A stretch of 64,000 bases of DNA from Bacteroidales bacterium (GTDB lineage: Bacteria; Bacteroidota; Bacteroidia; Bacteroidales; JAFGHD01): NCBI GenBank assembly GCA_016939365.1, contig JAFGHD010000020.1:1758-65757 (forward strand). The letters run 5' to 3'. This document shows, piece after piece, positions 50,364 through 60,240 of the stretch. A model generated the notes under the pieces. The model saw only the letters and a list, made by a program, of their open reading frames with translations, had not been told where the DNA came from and did no database searches. Position 1 is the first letter of the stretch. Every line of letters begins with the position of its first letter. The position numbers and the translations under genes were made by a program.

Positions 50364-50579
50364 AAGCCTATTCATTAATATAGGTATCCAATTCAATATG
50401 ACAAAACATCAAACCATCCGCACACGGAAAAGTTACCGACCGTAACGATCAAATTCCATGCAAAACTTTAATCCCACCTTCTTTCCGTTACTTACTCCTT
50501 CGAACTGCATGAAATATTCCATTCCTGGGAACAGGTAAGACCAAATTGAAACCTTGTCAGGAAAGCCTTATTTTTTTAT

Positions 50580-50587
50580 TATATTTG
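50580..50587 (+). promoter_or_regulatory. -7 promoter box for the TonB receptor operon
   Basis: TATATTTG about 25 nt before ATG 50613. Confidence 0.65.
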
Positions 50588-50612
50588 CAAGGTATTTCAA
50601 TTACCATAGGTA

Positions 50613-52976
50613 ATGAACAGGGGAGCATGCATAGCCCTGATATTGTTTTCATTGTCATATTACGCCTGCGCGCAAAGCGGTCTGATCATTACCGGAAAGA
50701 TACTCGACGGGGATGAGTTGCATCCTGTCCCCGGGGCGGAAATCATCCTGAACGAAAAATCTGTCGGAACACTAAGTGATGCCTATGGAAACTTCCGTCT
50801 GGACGGACTTTCATCCGGCACTATCACATTAACGGTCAGGCATATCGGGTATAAGGTATTGCGAAAGAAGGTTGAGCTGGCGGATGAAAACATCGAGTAC
50901 CTTACACTTTTGCTGACTCCTGATATTAAAACATTATCTGAATTCGTACTCACTGATAAGGCACCCGGCCGAAGTCGTATACCGGGCAAGGCCATTCCGG
51001 TATCCCGCATGAGTCCTCTGACTGACGGAACCGTGCAGCATGATCTGGGAGATTATATGCGAAATGCCGCCAACATCTCCGGCATCAGGAAAGGTGCCAT
51101 CGGCATTGATCCGGTGATCAGGGGATTCAAATACAGCCAGTTGAACGTCCAGATAAACGGAGGTCACAAGATCGAAGGGGGGTGCCCCAACCGGATGGAC
51201 CCGGCAACTTCACATGTTGAAATGGAAGACCTTGAATCTGTATCTGTGATAAAGGGGCCTTACGCATTGAGATTCGGCCCTTCGCTCGGTGGTGTCATCT
51301 CCCTGGAAACGCATATTCCGGTCACGGCCAGTGATTTTTATACATCGGTTCATACCTTGCTGGGTTACGAAAGTAACTGGAACGGTTTCCGGGAACACCT
51401 GCGTGTTACTGCCGGCGGCAGGGGATACTTCCTCTCCATTACCGGGGGAAGGAAGGAATATGATGATTACAATGCGGGAACCGGAGATTTAATCCCCTCT
51501 TCATTCACAAGATACAACTTCAAATTACAGGCGGGAGCCCTGCTGTCCGATCATCAGAAGCTGGTTCTGAGTGCAGAAGAGCAAAATGGCTATCATGTTG
51601 CATTTCCCGCCTTGCCCATGGATGAACGGCGCGACCACACCCGCCTTGCCTCAATGGACTATTCTTACCTTCCGGAGGAAGGCCGGATCCGGTCAATCAT
51701 TGCAAAAGCGTATTATTCCGTTATCAATCATCTAATGGACAATAAAGAAAGACCCTCTTCGGATACCGTGACGGCGGTATCAGAGATCGATGCGGTGAAC
51801 AGGGGAGTCCGTATGGAAGCAAGCCTGCATGCCGGTCAGGGAAATCTGACCCTGGGAGTGGATATTGAGAATATTCTGAAGGACGGTCAGAGGACCAAGT
51901 CGATGATCCTGCAACCTGCATTACCGGTAAAAAGGGAAAGTCTTTGGAATAGAGGCGTTATTGTCAATACAGGTTTCTTCACGGATTATTCCCTGATGCT
52001 CGGAAGTTATGAAGTCACACTGGCCGCACGGCTGGATATAAACCATGCGGAATCAGGAGCACTTGAGGTCTTTGGCGGTAACCAGCAGGAGTTGTACAGG
52101 TTCGGTAAAGACTCGATCCGGTCGGATTTTCTGAATTTTAGTGTGAGTGCCGGTGTCCATAGGATGCTGAATGAGTATGTCTCGTTTTCACTTGCACTGG
52201 GAAGAGGTGTCAGAAGCCCCGATATGACAGAACGATTTATTATCCTTCTTCCGATCGGTTACGATCCCTTTGATTATCTGGGGAATCCTGCCCTTAAACC
52301 TGAAACCAACAACCAGATTGACATCGGCCTGAAATATCAGCAGCCGCAATGGGGTGAAGCCGGTTTGACCTGCTTCTACTCCCTTGTGGAAAATTTTATT
52401 ACAGGACAAATCATTCCACCCTCCGTTCAGAAGCCTCTGTCCAAAGACGTTGTGGGAGTAAAAAAATTCCACAACGGGGGCCTTGCCAGGCTAAGGGGAT
52501 TCGAAATGGAATATACCTCCCCTGGCAGCCTGCTGATCTCGGGAGGTATCCGCGCATCTTTCACATACGGTACTATCGCTGAAGCGGTGCAATATACCAC
52601 CGACGGACAGGGTGATCCCACAGGACAGGAGGTGATCGCGAATGATGCACTGTCTGAAATACCACCCTTTGAAGCAAGTGGGTTCATTCAGGGGAACATC
52701 GCAGGAGGCAAACTGAAACCCAAAATCTCCTGCAGGCTGGTAGCTCCCCAGAATCATGTTTCAGAAGTACAGTATGAAAAAAAGACACCCGGCTTCATCG
52801 TGGCGAACATCGCCTTCATCGCCAGGCTTAACGGGCATATCGAAATAAACGGGGGGGTGAACAATCTGTTCGATGCATCCTATTATGAACATCTGAACCG
52901 GAACATCATAGGTTCGGAATTGCCGTTATATGAACCCGGCCGTGTTTTTTATATCAACCTGGTTTTTTCATTATGA
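50613..52976 (+). CDS. TonB-dependent receptor, OprC-like copper receptor
   Basis: Signal peptide and CarboxypepD_reg-like N-domain. Plug has DPVIRG, GGCPNRMDP (CxxxM) and VIKGPY. Barrel has NHLMDN (HxM), GNPALKPE, NNLFD..YYEHL and EPGR. Confidence 0.88.
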   Translation: MNRGACIALILFSLSYYACAQSGLIITGKILDGDELHPVPGAEIILNEKSVGTLSDAYGNFRLDGLSSGTITLTVRHIGYKVLRKKVELADENIEYLTLLLTPDIKTLSEFVLTDKAPGRSRIPGKAIPVSRMSPLTDGTVQHDLGDYMRNAANISGIRKGAIGIDPVIRGFKYSQLNVQINGGHKIEGGCPNRMDPATSHVEMEDLESVSVIKGPYALRFGPSLGGVISLETHIPVTASDFYTSVHTLLGYESNWNGFREHLRVTAGGRGYFLSITGGRKEYDDYNAGTGDLIPSSFTRYNFKLQAGALLSDHQKLVLSAEEQNGYHVAFPALPMDERRDHTRLASMDYSYLPEEGRIRSIIAKAYYSVINHLMDNKERPSSDTVTAVSEIDAVNRGVRMEASLHAGQGNLTLGVDIENILKDGQRTKSMILQPALPVKRESLWNRGVIVNTGFFTDYSLMLGSYEVTLAARLDINHAESGALEVFGGNQQELYRFGKDSIRSDFLNFSVSAGVHRMLNEYVSFSLALGRGVRSPDMTERFIILLPIGYDPFDYLGNPALKPETNNQIDIGLKYQQPQWGEAGLTCFYSLVENFITGQIIPPSVQKPLSKDVVGVKKFHNGGLARLRGFEMEYTSPGSLLISGGIRASFTYGTIAEAVQYTTDGQGDPTGQEVIANDALSEIPPFEASGFIQGNIAGGKLKPKISCRLVAPQNHVSEVQYEKKTPGFIVANIAFIARLNGHIEINGGVNNLFDASYYEHLNRNIIGSELPLYEPGRVFYINLVFSL

Positions 52977-53356
52977 CAGTAATACACCACATGAAAACCC
53001 TGATCATACTGAATATGATCATCATCCTGGCTGCAATGTTGGGGTGCACCCGTTATGACGAAAAATTGGCGGTCGAGTATAGTATCTCCAAATCCTATTC
53101 GGATGTCAATGTTCAATTCCGTGATGGGGATGGTGTTTTACGCGACACGATAATTCATTTGCAGAGCATTGAGGATCAATGGCAATACCATTTTGAGGCC
53201 AGACGGGGAGATATAGTGTATGTATCGGCCATCTACTTCGATTCCTCATCCACTGTCACGGCAGGAATCCTATTGGAAGGCAAACTGTTCAAACAGGGAA
53301 GCAGCAATAAGGAACCCGGAAAATACGTTACTGTATCCGGGACGGTACCCTATTAA
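52973..53356 (+). CDS. Small beta-sandwich lipoprotein (MmpS-like)
   Basis: Lipobox MLGC and alternating beta pattern. Start overlaps the receptor stop (ATGA). Confidence 0.7.
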   Translation: MTVIHHMKTLIILNMIIILAAMLGCTRYDEKLAVEYSISKSYSDVNVQFRDGDGVLRDTIIHLQSIEDQWQYHFEARRGDIVYVSAIYFDSSSTVTAGILLEGKLFKQGSSNKEPGKYVTVSGTVPY

Positions 53357-53364
53357 ACAACCAG

Positions 53365-54174
53365 ATGGAACGTCTCATTAAATTATTATTCATAGCCGCA
53401 GCGGGTATCGCCCTTCTGGCAGGTTGCAAGAAAGAGACAAAAATCACCGAAGTGAGCAGCGGCAAGATCATCATTTGTTTTGATCACCGGGTGGATGACC
53501 TGCCCATGGTCCGTGACTCCCTGATGTACACCAATGAGGCGGGCAATCCATACATGATCAATGAAATTCAATATTTCATTTCAGACTTCACCCTTTATGG
53601 TGCCGGCGGAAGCCAGGTGGTCATCGATGATTGGAAAGACATCCATTATGTGGATACGGATATTCCCGAAACATGGACATGGGAAGTCTATGACGAGATA
53701 CCCCAGGGATGGTACGATTCTGTTTCCTTCACCTTCGGCATCACTGCCGAAAAAAATAAATCGTTCATGTATGTCAATCCTCCCGAAAGGGATATGTTCT
53801 GGCCGGAATATCTGGGAGGGGGATACCACTACCTGAAACTGAACGGCAAATGGCTGCCGGCAGGTCAGGCATACCAGACCAGGCCCTTTGATTTCCACCT
53901 CGGTATCGGTCAGATATACTTCAGCTATCCCGACTCCATCACCGGATATGTGCAAAACTATTTCACGGTATGTCCTCCGGGTTCTGCCCTTCAGGTGATC
54001 AATGGCCAATCCACGAAATTCAACATCGTCATGAATATTGAAAACTGGTTCAAGGAGCCCCATATTTATGATCATGACCAATGGGGCGGTTATATCATGC
54101 AGAACCAGGATGCCATGGCTTTGGCAAGGGAAAACGGACACAATGTATTCACTTTGGAACTGTGCAAAAAATGA
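53365..54174 (+). CDS. MbnP family copper-binding lipoprotein
   Basis: Lipobox LAGC. YTNEAG..Y.I...YFISDF, YDSVSFTFG, MFW....GGYHYLKLNG and FHLG motifs. Upstream of an MbnH-like gene. Confidence 0.82.
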   Translation: MERLIKLLFIAAAGIALLAGCKKETKITEVSSGKIIICFDHRVDDLPMVRDSLMYTNEAGNPYMINEIQYFISDFTLYGAGGSQVVIDDWKDIHYVDTDIPETWTWEVYDEIPQGWYDSVSFTFGITAEKNKSFMYVNPPERDMFWPEYLGGGYHYLKLNGKWLPAGQAYQTRPFDFHLGIGQIYFSYPDSITGYVQNYFTVCPPGSALQVINGQSTKFNIVMNIENWFKEPHIYDHDQWGGYIMQNQDAMALARENGHNVFTLELCKK

Positions 54175-54827
54175 ATACCTACAGGCTGCTGTCCGGCATG
54201 GTTATTCTGTTATGGGGTTTCCTTCCAGGGTGCAGGGAAAAAGATGACATTCCTCCTGTGATCACATTGAAGGGAAGCGGTTACATGACCACCGAACTCA
54301 ACCAGCCATTTTCCGATCCCGGTGTTACTGCAACAGATGATTCGGATGGAGATATTACGTCAAGGGTATACGTTGAAAGTGATCTGGACATCGACCGGGT
54401 GGGGATTTACAATCATGTTTACCGGGTGACTGATCAATCCGGTAATACAGCCAATCCGTTGGTCCGGGAAATTGAGGTGGTTAACGGATCGAGGCAATAC
54501 GAAGGCAACTATAACGGAACAGATAAAGGAATGTTCCCGGATGCGGACAGCCTGGCCTTCAGCACATATCTACGGTTTGATTCCACACTGAATCACAGAA
54601 TGATCTTCTCCGGTTTCGGAGGGCAATCCGGCTGGGTTGTGATGGCAGATATCTCCGGGGGATTGATGATCATTCCCTTTCAGGTAATCCAGGATTCTCT
54701 GGGTGGGTTCAATATCCAGGGGGCGGGCACGGTCAGCGACACCCTGATTGAAATGAATTATACACGTGAAACAGAAACAGAAATTCTTCTGAGAAATGCC
54801 GTTTTCAACAAAATACCGAAAGGATAA
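54171..54827 (+). CDS. Lipoprotein with a DUF5011/bacterial Ig-like domain
   Basis: Lipobox LPGC. PPVITLKG...FSDPGVTATDDSDGDIT...G.Y...YRVTDQSGN...R. Start moved to ATG 54171 (ATGA overlap). Confidence 0.85.
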   Translation: MNTYRLLSGMVILLWGFLPGCREKDDIPPVITLKGSGYMTTELNQPFSDPGVTATDDSDGDITSRVYVESDLDIDRVGIYNHVYRVTDQSGNTANPLVREIEVVNGSRQYEGNYNGTDKGMFPDADSLAFSTYLRFDSTLNHRMIFSGFGGQSGWVVMADISGGLMIIPFQVIQDSLGGFNIQGAGTVSDTLIEMNYTRETETEILLRNAVFNKIPKG

Positions 54828-56004
54828 ATATGGCCTTCAAATGCCAGGTTTGTTCCCGGTAGCGGTCATTGTCGCTTCATTGATTTTCAGTTGCAGCAAA
54901 AAGGATGACGGCACGGAACCAGAACAGCCCTATCAACCACATCCATACTCCCTGGAAATACCCTATGGATTTCCCACCCAGTTGAATATTCCTTCAGACA
55001 ACCCGCTCACAGAAGAAGGGGTGGCATTGGGAAGATACCTTTTTTATGACGGCAGGCTGGGGGGACGCGACCACCCCGACTCCCTGATGAGCTGTGCCAC
55101 ATGCCATCTTCAGCAAAATGCTTTCGAATGTGGTACGGATCACCCGGTATATACCAACGGATTTACCCATGGCATCAACGGTAAACCGACTCCCCATGTA
55201 ATGCTGCCGTTGTTCAATCTCGTCTGGAACAGTAACGGTTATTTCTGGAATGGCCTTGTCGGTCCCGACAATCCAGACGAGCATTACCGGAATATCGAGG
55301 ATATAGTATGGATGGGTGTAGTGGTCGAGCACGAAATGGACAGCGATACGAACCGTGTCAGGGAACTCATACAGTCCATACCGGGCTATCCCGACCTGTT
55401 TGAAAAAGCGTTCGGGTCGCGCCAGGTAACGATGCGGAATATCGGAAGGGCCGTTGCACAATTCATCAGGACGATCACATCGGCCGAATCAAAATTCGAC
55501 AGGTATCTGCGCGGGGAAGAACAGCTCTCTCCGCAGGAGTTGAATGGATTTGTTCTTTTTACCACTGAAGAGGGGGCAGACTGTTTCCACTGCCATGGCG
55601 GCTCGGGAAATCCCCTTTTTACGACCAACAAGTTTTACAATAACGGCAAGGATTCATTGTTTACCGGACCGTATGAGGATCCAAGGGACCGGTATCATGT
55701 CACCGGCGACCCCATGGACCTGGGCGCATACAAAGCCCCAACCCTGAGAAATATCATCTTTACTGCACCCTATATGCATGACGGCCGTTTCGCTACACTA
55801 GACTCTGTAATCCATTTTTACAATACCAGTCTGGTCTGGTCACCCTATATCGATCCTCTGATGCATCATATTGCCAATGGCGGAACACAGATGATTCCCC
55901 AGGAAGTCAGCGATCTGAAAGCCTTCATTCTTTCACTTACCGATTATCAGATCCTCAGCGACCCCGACCTGGGTCCTCCTGAGAAGTTTCCCGACGAGGA
56001 GTAG
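54796..56004 (+). CDS. Di-heme cytochrome c peroxidase superfamily lipoprotein (MbnH/MauG-like)
   Basis: Lipobox IFSC. NPLTEEGVALGRYLFYD, two CxxCH motifs (CATCH, CFHCH) and YKAPTLRNI.FTAPYMHDGRF. Alternative start at 54841. Confidence 0.92.
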   Translation: MPFSTKYRKDKYGLQMPGLFPVAVIVASLIFSCSKKDDGTEPEQPYQPHPYSLEIPYGFPTQLNIPSDNPLTEEGVALGRYLFYDGRLGGRDHPDSLMSCATCHLQQNAFECGTDHPVYTNGFTHGINGKPTPHVMLPLFNLVWNSNGYFWNGLVGPDNPDEHYRNIEDIVWMGVVVEHEMDSDTNRVRELIQSIPGYPDLFEKAFGSRQVTMRNIGRAVAQFIRTITSAESKFDRYLRGEEQLSPQELNGFVLFTTEEGADCFHCHGGSGNPLFTTNKFYNNGKDSLFTGPYEDPRDRYHVTGDPMDLGAYKAPTLRNIIFTAPYMHDGRFATLDSVIHFYNTSLVWSPYIDPLMHHIANGGTQMIPQEVSDLKAFILSLTDYQILSDPDLGPPEKFPDEE

Positions 56005-56164
56005 TCTGTTCTCATCGGAAACACACTCACGAGGCAAACGGATACCTGGAATTATCGGCAAATGCCAGACAAAGAGAAGTAGGAACGTTTTTCATTGAAT
56101 CCAAAAGTTCTATTTTCGTCCTTCCTTAAGAGGATATTAATCCCTGATCAACACTTTGAAACTG

Positions 56165-56824
56165 ATGCAGAAATCAGGCAGACTGGCACGATGGCTTGGA
56201 AGACTGTCGTTTTTAATCCTGTTCCTATTGGCAGCCGACATTATTGCAATGTTCATTTACTACCATATGGTAAAGAACTTTATCGCCAGCCAGCCTCAAC
56301 AATTCCGTGCCGATGTTGCAGTGATATTCTATGGTGATACCAAGGATGGAGAGCTTGGTGATGACAGCAGGCTTCGTGCAGACAAGGGGCTTGAACTTTA
56401 CCGGAGCGGGAGCATCAGTTATTTCATTTGCGCAGGGGGATACCGGAACGGCCAGCTCTCCATTCGTCCGCACATGATGAAGGAATACCTTGAAGACCGG
56501 GATGTTGATCCGGCACGGATTTATTATGACTCCCTCTCATTCAACACCATAACGAACTGGGAGGAGGCCCAAAAGATCATCAGCCGGCGGGGCTTTCAGA
56601 GAATTGCAGTTGTCAGTGCCCCTTGGCACGTCTATCGTATAGCAAAGATGATCGGAGATGATTCGGTCATTTTTTCAGCCTATGATTGCCGGTTGCATAC
56701 ACTGATTGATTACTGGGAGTTGGTCGGAGATATTCATCATGAGTGGATCAGTCTCTCTCTTTCGGCGTTGCTTGATAACACGACACGGAACAGGCTGGTT
56801 GGCTGGATCAGGGAAAATATTTAA
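56165..56824 (+). CDS. YdcF/DUF218 (ElyC/SanA-like) protein
   Basis: N-terminal TM, ADVAVIFYG, RADKGLELY, AGG, DSLSFNT..N and VVSAPWH.YR motifs. Confidence 0.85.
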   Translation: MQKSGRLARWLGRLSFLILFLLAADIIAMFIYYHMVKNFIASQPQQFRADVAVIFYGDTKDGELGDDSRLRADKGLELYRSGSISYFICAGGYRNGQLSIRPHMMKEYLEDRDVDPARIYYDSLSFNTITNWEEAQKIISRRGFQRIAVVSAPWHVYRIAKMIGDDSVIFSAYDCRLHTLIDYWELVGDIHHEWISLSLSALLDNTTRNRLVGWIRENI

Positions 56825-56829
56825 GGGCA

Positions 56830-57750
56830 ATGAACAAGCAGGTCAAGGCCATTATGATGACCCTGGTGGTAATACTCTTCTGGTCCACTATTGCTTCCGC
56901 TTTTAAAATCTCCCTGCGGTACCTGCCTTTCCATCAATTGTTGCTACAGTCCACATTCGTTGCATGCATAATTCTATTTATCATAATCACCACAACAGGC
57001 AAGGTTGGCATGCTGAAACGCCTGAACCGGAAAGACATCCTACATTCCGCTTTCATGGGATTGCTCAATCCTTTCCTGTATTATCTCGTGTTGCTGAAAG
57101 CCTATTCATTACTGAAGGCCCAGGAGGCCGGTACCCTGAACTATATCTGGCCCGTAACCCTGGTACTTCTTTCCATTCCACTGCTCAGGCAGAGGATCTC
57201 GTGGACAGGCATGGCCGCAATATTGATCAGTTTCTCAGGCATAGTGGTCATTTCCACCCAAGGAAACATCTCTTCACTAAAGTTCAGCGATCCGCTGGGT
57301 GTCGGGCTGGCACTGTGCAGTTCGGTTTTCTGGTCGCTTTACTGGATCCTCAATATGAAGAGCCGAACAGATGAAGTGGTCAAGCTTTTTCTCAACTTTC
57401 TCTTCGGTTTCATATATCTTGCCATTTCGGTGCCCCTCCTTTTTGAAATGAGCATACCTCATCTCTATGGAATGGCAGGCAGCATATATATTGGTATTTT
57501 TGAGATGGGGCTGACCTTCGTGCTCTGGCTCAGGGCGTTGAAAATGGCAAACCATACAGCGGCCCTCGCAAACCTGATATTTCTTTCACCATTCCTATCC
57601 CTGATCATCATTAGGTTTTCTGTTGGCGAGCTCATCCTGCCCTCCACCATCATGGGATTGATACTTATCACGGTGGGAATTATCCTGCAGCAGAACTGGG
57701 GAAACCAACGGATTCATCCCACCAGTCCCGGCTCAGGCAGGGATGAGTGA
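56830..57750 (+). CDS. DMT/EamA family transporter
   Basis: About 10 TM in two repeats, with FWST, NYIWP...L.QR and LIFLSP motifs. Confidence 0.9.
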   Translation: MNKQVKAIMMTLVVILFWSTIASAFKISLRYLPFHQLLLQSTFVACIILFIIITTTGKVGMLKRLNRKDILHSAFMGLLNPFLYYLVLLKAYSLLKAQEAGTLNYIWPVTLVLLSIPLLRQRISWTGMAAILISFSGIVVISTQGNISSLKFSDPLGVGLALCSSVFWSLYWILNMKSRTDEVVKLFLNFLFGFIYLAISVPLLFEMSIPHLYGMAGSIYIGIFEMGLTFVLWLRALKMANHTAALANLIFLSPFLSLIIIRFSVGELILPSTIMGLILITVGIILQQNWGNQRIHPTSPGSGRDE

Positions 57751-57780
57751 AATATTCATATTATTGCGAATCAGATTGGA

Positions 57781-60240
57781 TCAGGAGGGTTTGATTTTGG
57801 TGGGGATTGAGAAGTAGAATGTGGATCCTTCACCCAGGCGCGAAACGACCCACAACTTACCCCCGAGAAGGCCCGCAAGTTGCCTGGAAATAGCGAGGCC
57901 CAATCCTGTACCTCCATAGCGCCGGGTATGGGAATCATCCCCCTGCATGAACCGTTCGAATACCTTGTCGATCTTATCCTCCGGTATACCGGGTCCCGTA
58001 TCGCGAACGAAGAAAACGAAATGGTTTTCGCCCTCAGTATTATCCGTTTCGTATCCGAATTCCACGCTCCCCTCCTCTGTGAACTTTAATCCGTTCCCGA
58101 TCAGGTTATACATAATCTGCCTCACCCTGTGCGGATCCGTATAACATATGGAGCTATGAGGCATCCCGGGTAGCCTGAGATCCAGCTTTACCGCACGGGT
58201 GGTACGTGTCCGATCCATTTCTTCAAACAATCCGGTCATCAATTCCCTCATATCACATTCAGCAAATGAGAGATTCAGCTGTCCTGCCTCGATCTTTGAA
58301 ATATCAACAATATCATTGATGATGTGCATCAGAGTATTGCTTCCGTTAATGATATATTGAAGGTATTCCCTGGATTTCCTGGCAGAGAGGCCCTGATCCA
58401 GGAGCAGGTGTGCAAACCCCACCAGGGAATTCATCGGGGTCCTGATCTCGTGTGACATGTTTGCCAGAAAGGCTGATTTCAGCCGGTCCGATTCTTCGGC
58501 CTTATCCCTGGCCATTTTGAGCTCTTCGATAAACCGGCTTCGCTCAGTCACATCAATGATATTTGTGACCACTGCAACCGAGTTTCCCCTGGAATCCCTG
58601 ATTGAGGCACTGGAAAGCTCGGCGATGAATGAGGTATCGTCACTGCGAAGCAATCTGTAATCATTCCGGACATTCTTGCCCTGTATCATGGCTTTCCTGA
58701 AGTTTTCCGCTGCCAGTGTCCTGTCCTCCCGGGGAATGAAATCCGTTATGTTTTTTCCGATAATCTGATCCCTGGAGTCAAGTCTGAAAAGCTTTAGTCC
58801 TGCAGGATTGCAGTCAATAATGACACCGTTTGCATCGGCCAGTGAAATGCCGTGCGGCGAGGATGTAAAGATTTGCCTCAGGGTCTCCTGGTCTTTCTGA
58901 AGGGTTTCCTCAGCTTTCCTGATCTGCCTGTTCATCCTGAAAAGCAGAAAGGAAATGATCAGCAATGCAATGGAAAAGCCGACGATTCCGGCAATGATCA
59001 TGTTTTTCCTGTGCAGTGCATCCCTGTTGTGGGCGATCTCCAGGTCCTTAAGTTGCTGATCGCTTGTCAGACGATCAATTTCGCTCTCCATCCTTCCGGT
59101 CTGGTATGCATTCTGGATTTCGATGAGACGGTTGTTGTAACGCTGGTTTTCAAGGCTGTCCTGGAATTTATCATACATCAGATACTGCTCAAATGCTGAG
59201 GCATAATCACCCTGTCTTTCAAAGAGTACACTGAAATTCTTTCTGATGTTTTTCAGATCATTGATATCCCCTGTTTTCTGAGCATCAGCCAAAGCCCTGG
59301 AAAGGAAATCACCTGCAGCGGAATATTCTCCCTTTTCAATATACACCTGGGCAATATTATTCAATATCAGCGCACTCTCCAGTCCGATCTGCCGGTTTTG
59401 CCTGAGCGCTTCCTCGTAATAATAGACTGCCCGGTCAAAATCCTTCCGGAGATAATGGATCCTTCCCAGGTTATTATATACATTGGCAAGACCTTCGGGG
59501 TTATCAGAATCACGAATTGCCGCAATGGACCTGATGAAATGCTCCCGGGCTGTTTCCAGATCACCCTTGTCCATATGGATCATCCCGATATTACTGAGCA
59601 ATATATGTATGAATGCCTTGTTCTTCAAATGCTCTGCATAATCGAGGGCTGTCCGGAAGTTCGCAAGTGCCTCATCCAGACTGCCGATGGAATAGTAAAT
59701 GGATCCGATATTGTTAAACGAACTGATCTCTGACAAAGAATCATGCATGGCTTTTTTCATTTTAAGGGAATGAAGGTGATATTCGAGGGAGCGACGGTAC
59801 AATCCCATCCTGTTAAACACCACCCCGAGGTTATTGGAGGCTTTTGCCATGCCCATGGTATCACCGAGGGTCCGGTAGATCGTTAGGCTCGAATCATAAT
59901 ATCTGAAGGCAAAGTCATTTTCACCCGTATAATAATGGATATTACCGGCATTCTTCAGGGCATTTGCAAGTGCGGCCCGATCACCTGACTTCCTGGCCAA
60001 GGACAAGGCTGAATCAGCCAGTATAAGGGCGGACTCGGACGATCGGCCGGTCATCCCGGCTGATAAACTGATCAGGCTTTCCACTCTTTTTAACAAGGAG
60101 CTGTCCGTGCTATTACCCGAACCGGCAGCCTGTGGCATCGCAAAAACCGGGAGGAGTACCAGACAGATAATGGTGAAGCGGTTTAATCCCGAACCTGCAA
60201 TTATCCTCGACTGCACTGTATGAGAAAGCCCAACATTCAT
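57781..60240 (-). CDS. TPR-TM-PAS sensor histidine kinase
   Basis: NNLG/NNIG TPR repeats, TM helix, PAS, H-box FLANMSHEIRTPMN, NLIGNGLKF, DTGPGI and GGTGLGL. Confidence 0.92.
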   Translation of the reverse strand: MNVGLSHTVQSRIIAGSGLNRFTIICLVLLPVFAMPQAAGSGNSTDSSLLKRVESLISLSAGMTGRSSESALILADSALSLARKSGDRAALANALKNAGNIHYYTGENDFAFRYYDSSLTIYRTLGDTMGMAKASNNLGVVFNRMGLYRRSLEYHLHSLKMKKAMHDSLSEISSFNNIGSIYYSIGSLDEALANFRTALDYAEHLKNKAFIHILLSNIGMIHMDKGDLETAREHFIRSIAAIRDSDNPEGLANVYNNLGRIHYLRKDFDRAVYYYEEALRQNRQIGLESALILNNIAQVYIEKGEYSAAGDFLSRALADAQKTGDINDLKNIRKNFSVLFERQGDYASAFEQYLMYDKFQDSLENQRYNNRLIEIQNAYQTGRMESEIDRLTSDQQLKDLEIAHNRDALHRKNMIIAGIVGFSIALLIISFLLFRMNRQIRKAEETLQKDQETLRQIFTSSPHGISLADANGVIIDCNPAGLKLFRLDSRDQIIGKNITDFIPREDRTLAAENFRKAMIQGKNVRNDYRLLRSDDTSFIAELSSASIRDSRGNSVAVVTNIIDVTERSRFIEELKMARDKAEESDRLKSAFLANMSHEIRTPMNSLVGFAHLLLDQGLSARKSREYLQYIINGSNTLMHIINDIVDISKIEAGQLNLSFAECDMRELMTGLFEEMDRTRTTRAVKLDLRLPGMPHSSICYTDPHRVRQIMYNLIGNGLKFTEEGSVEFGYETDNTEGENHFVFFVRDTGPGIPEDKIDKVFERFMQGDDSHTRRYGGTGLGLAISRQLAGLLGGKLWVVSRLGEGSTFYFSIPTKIKPS

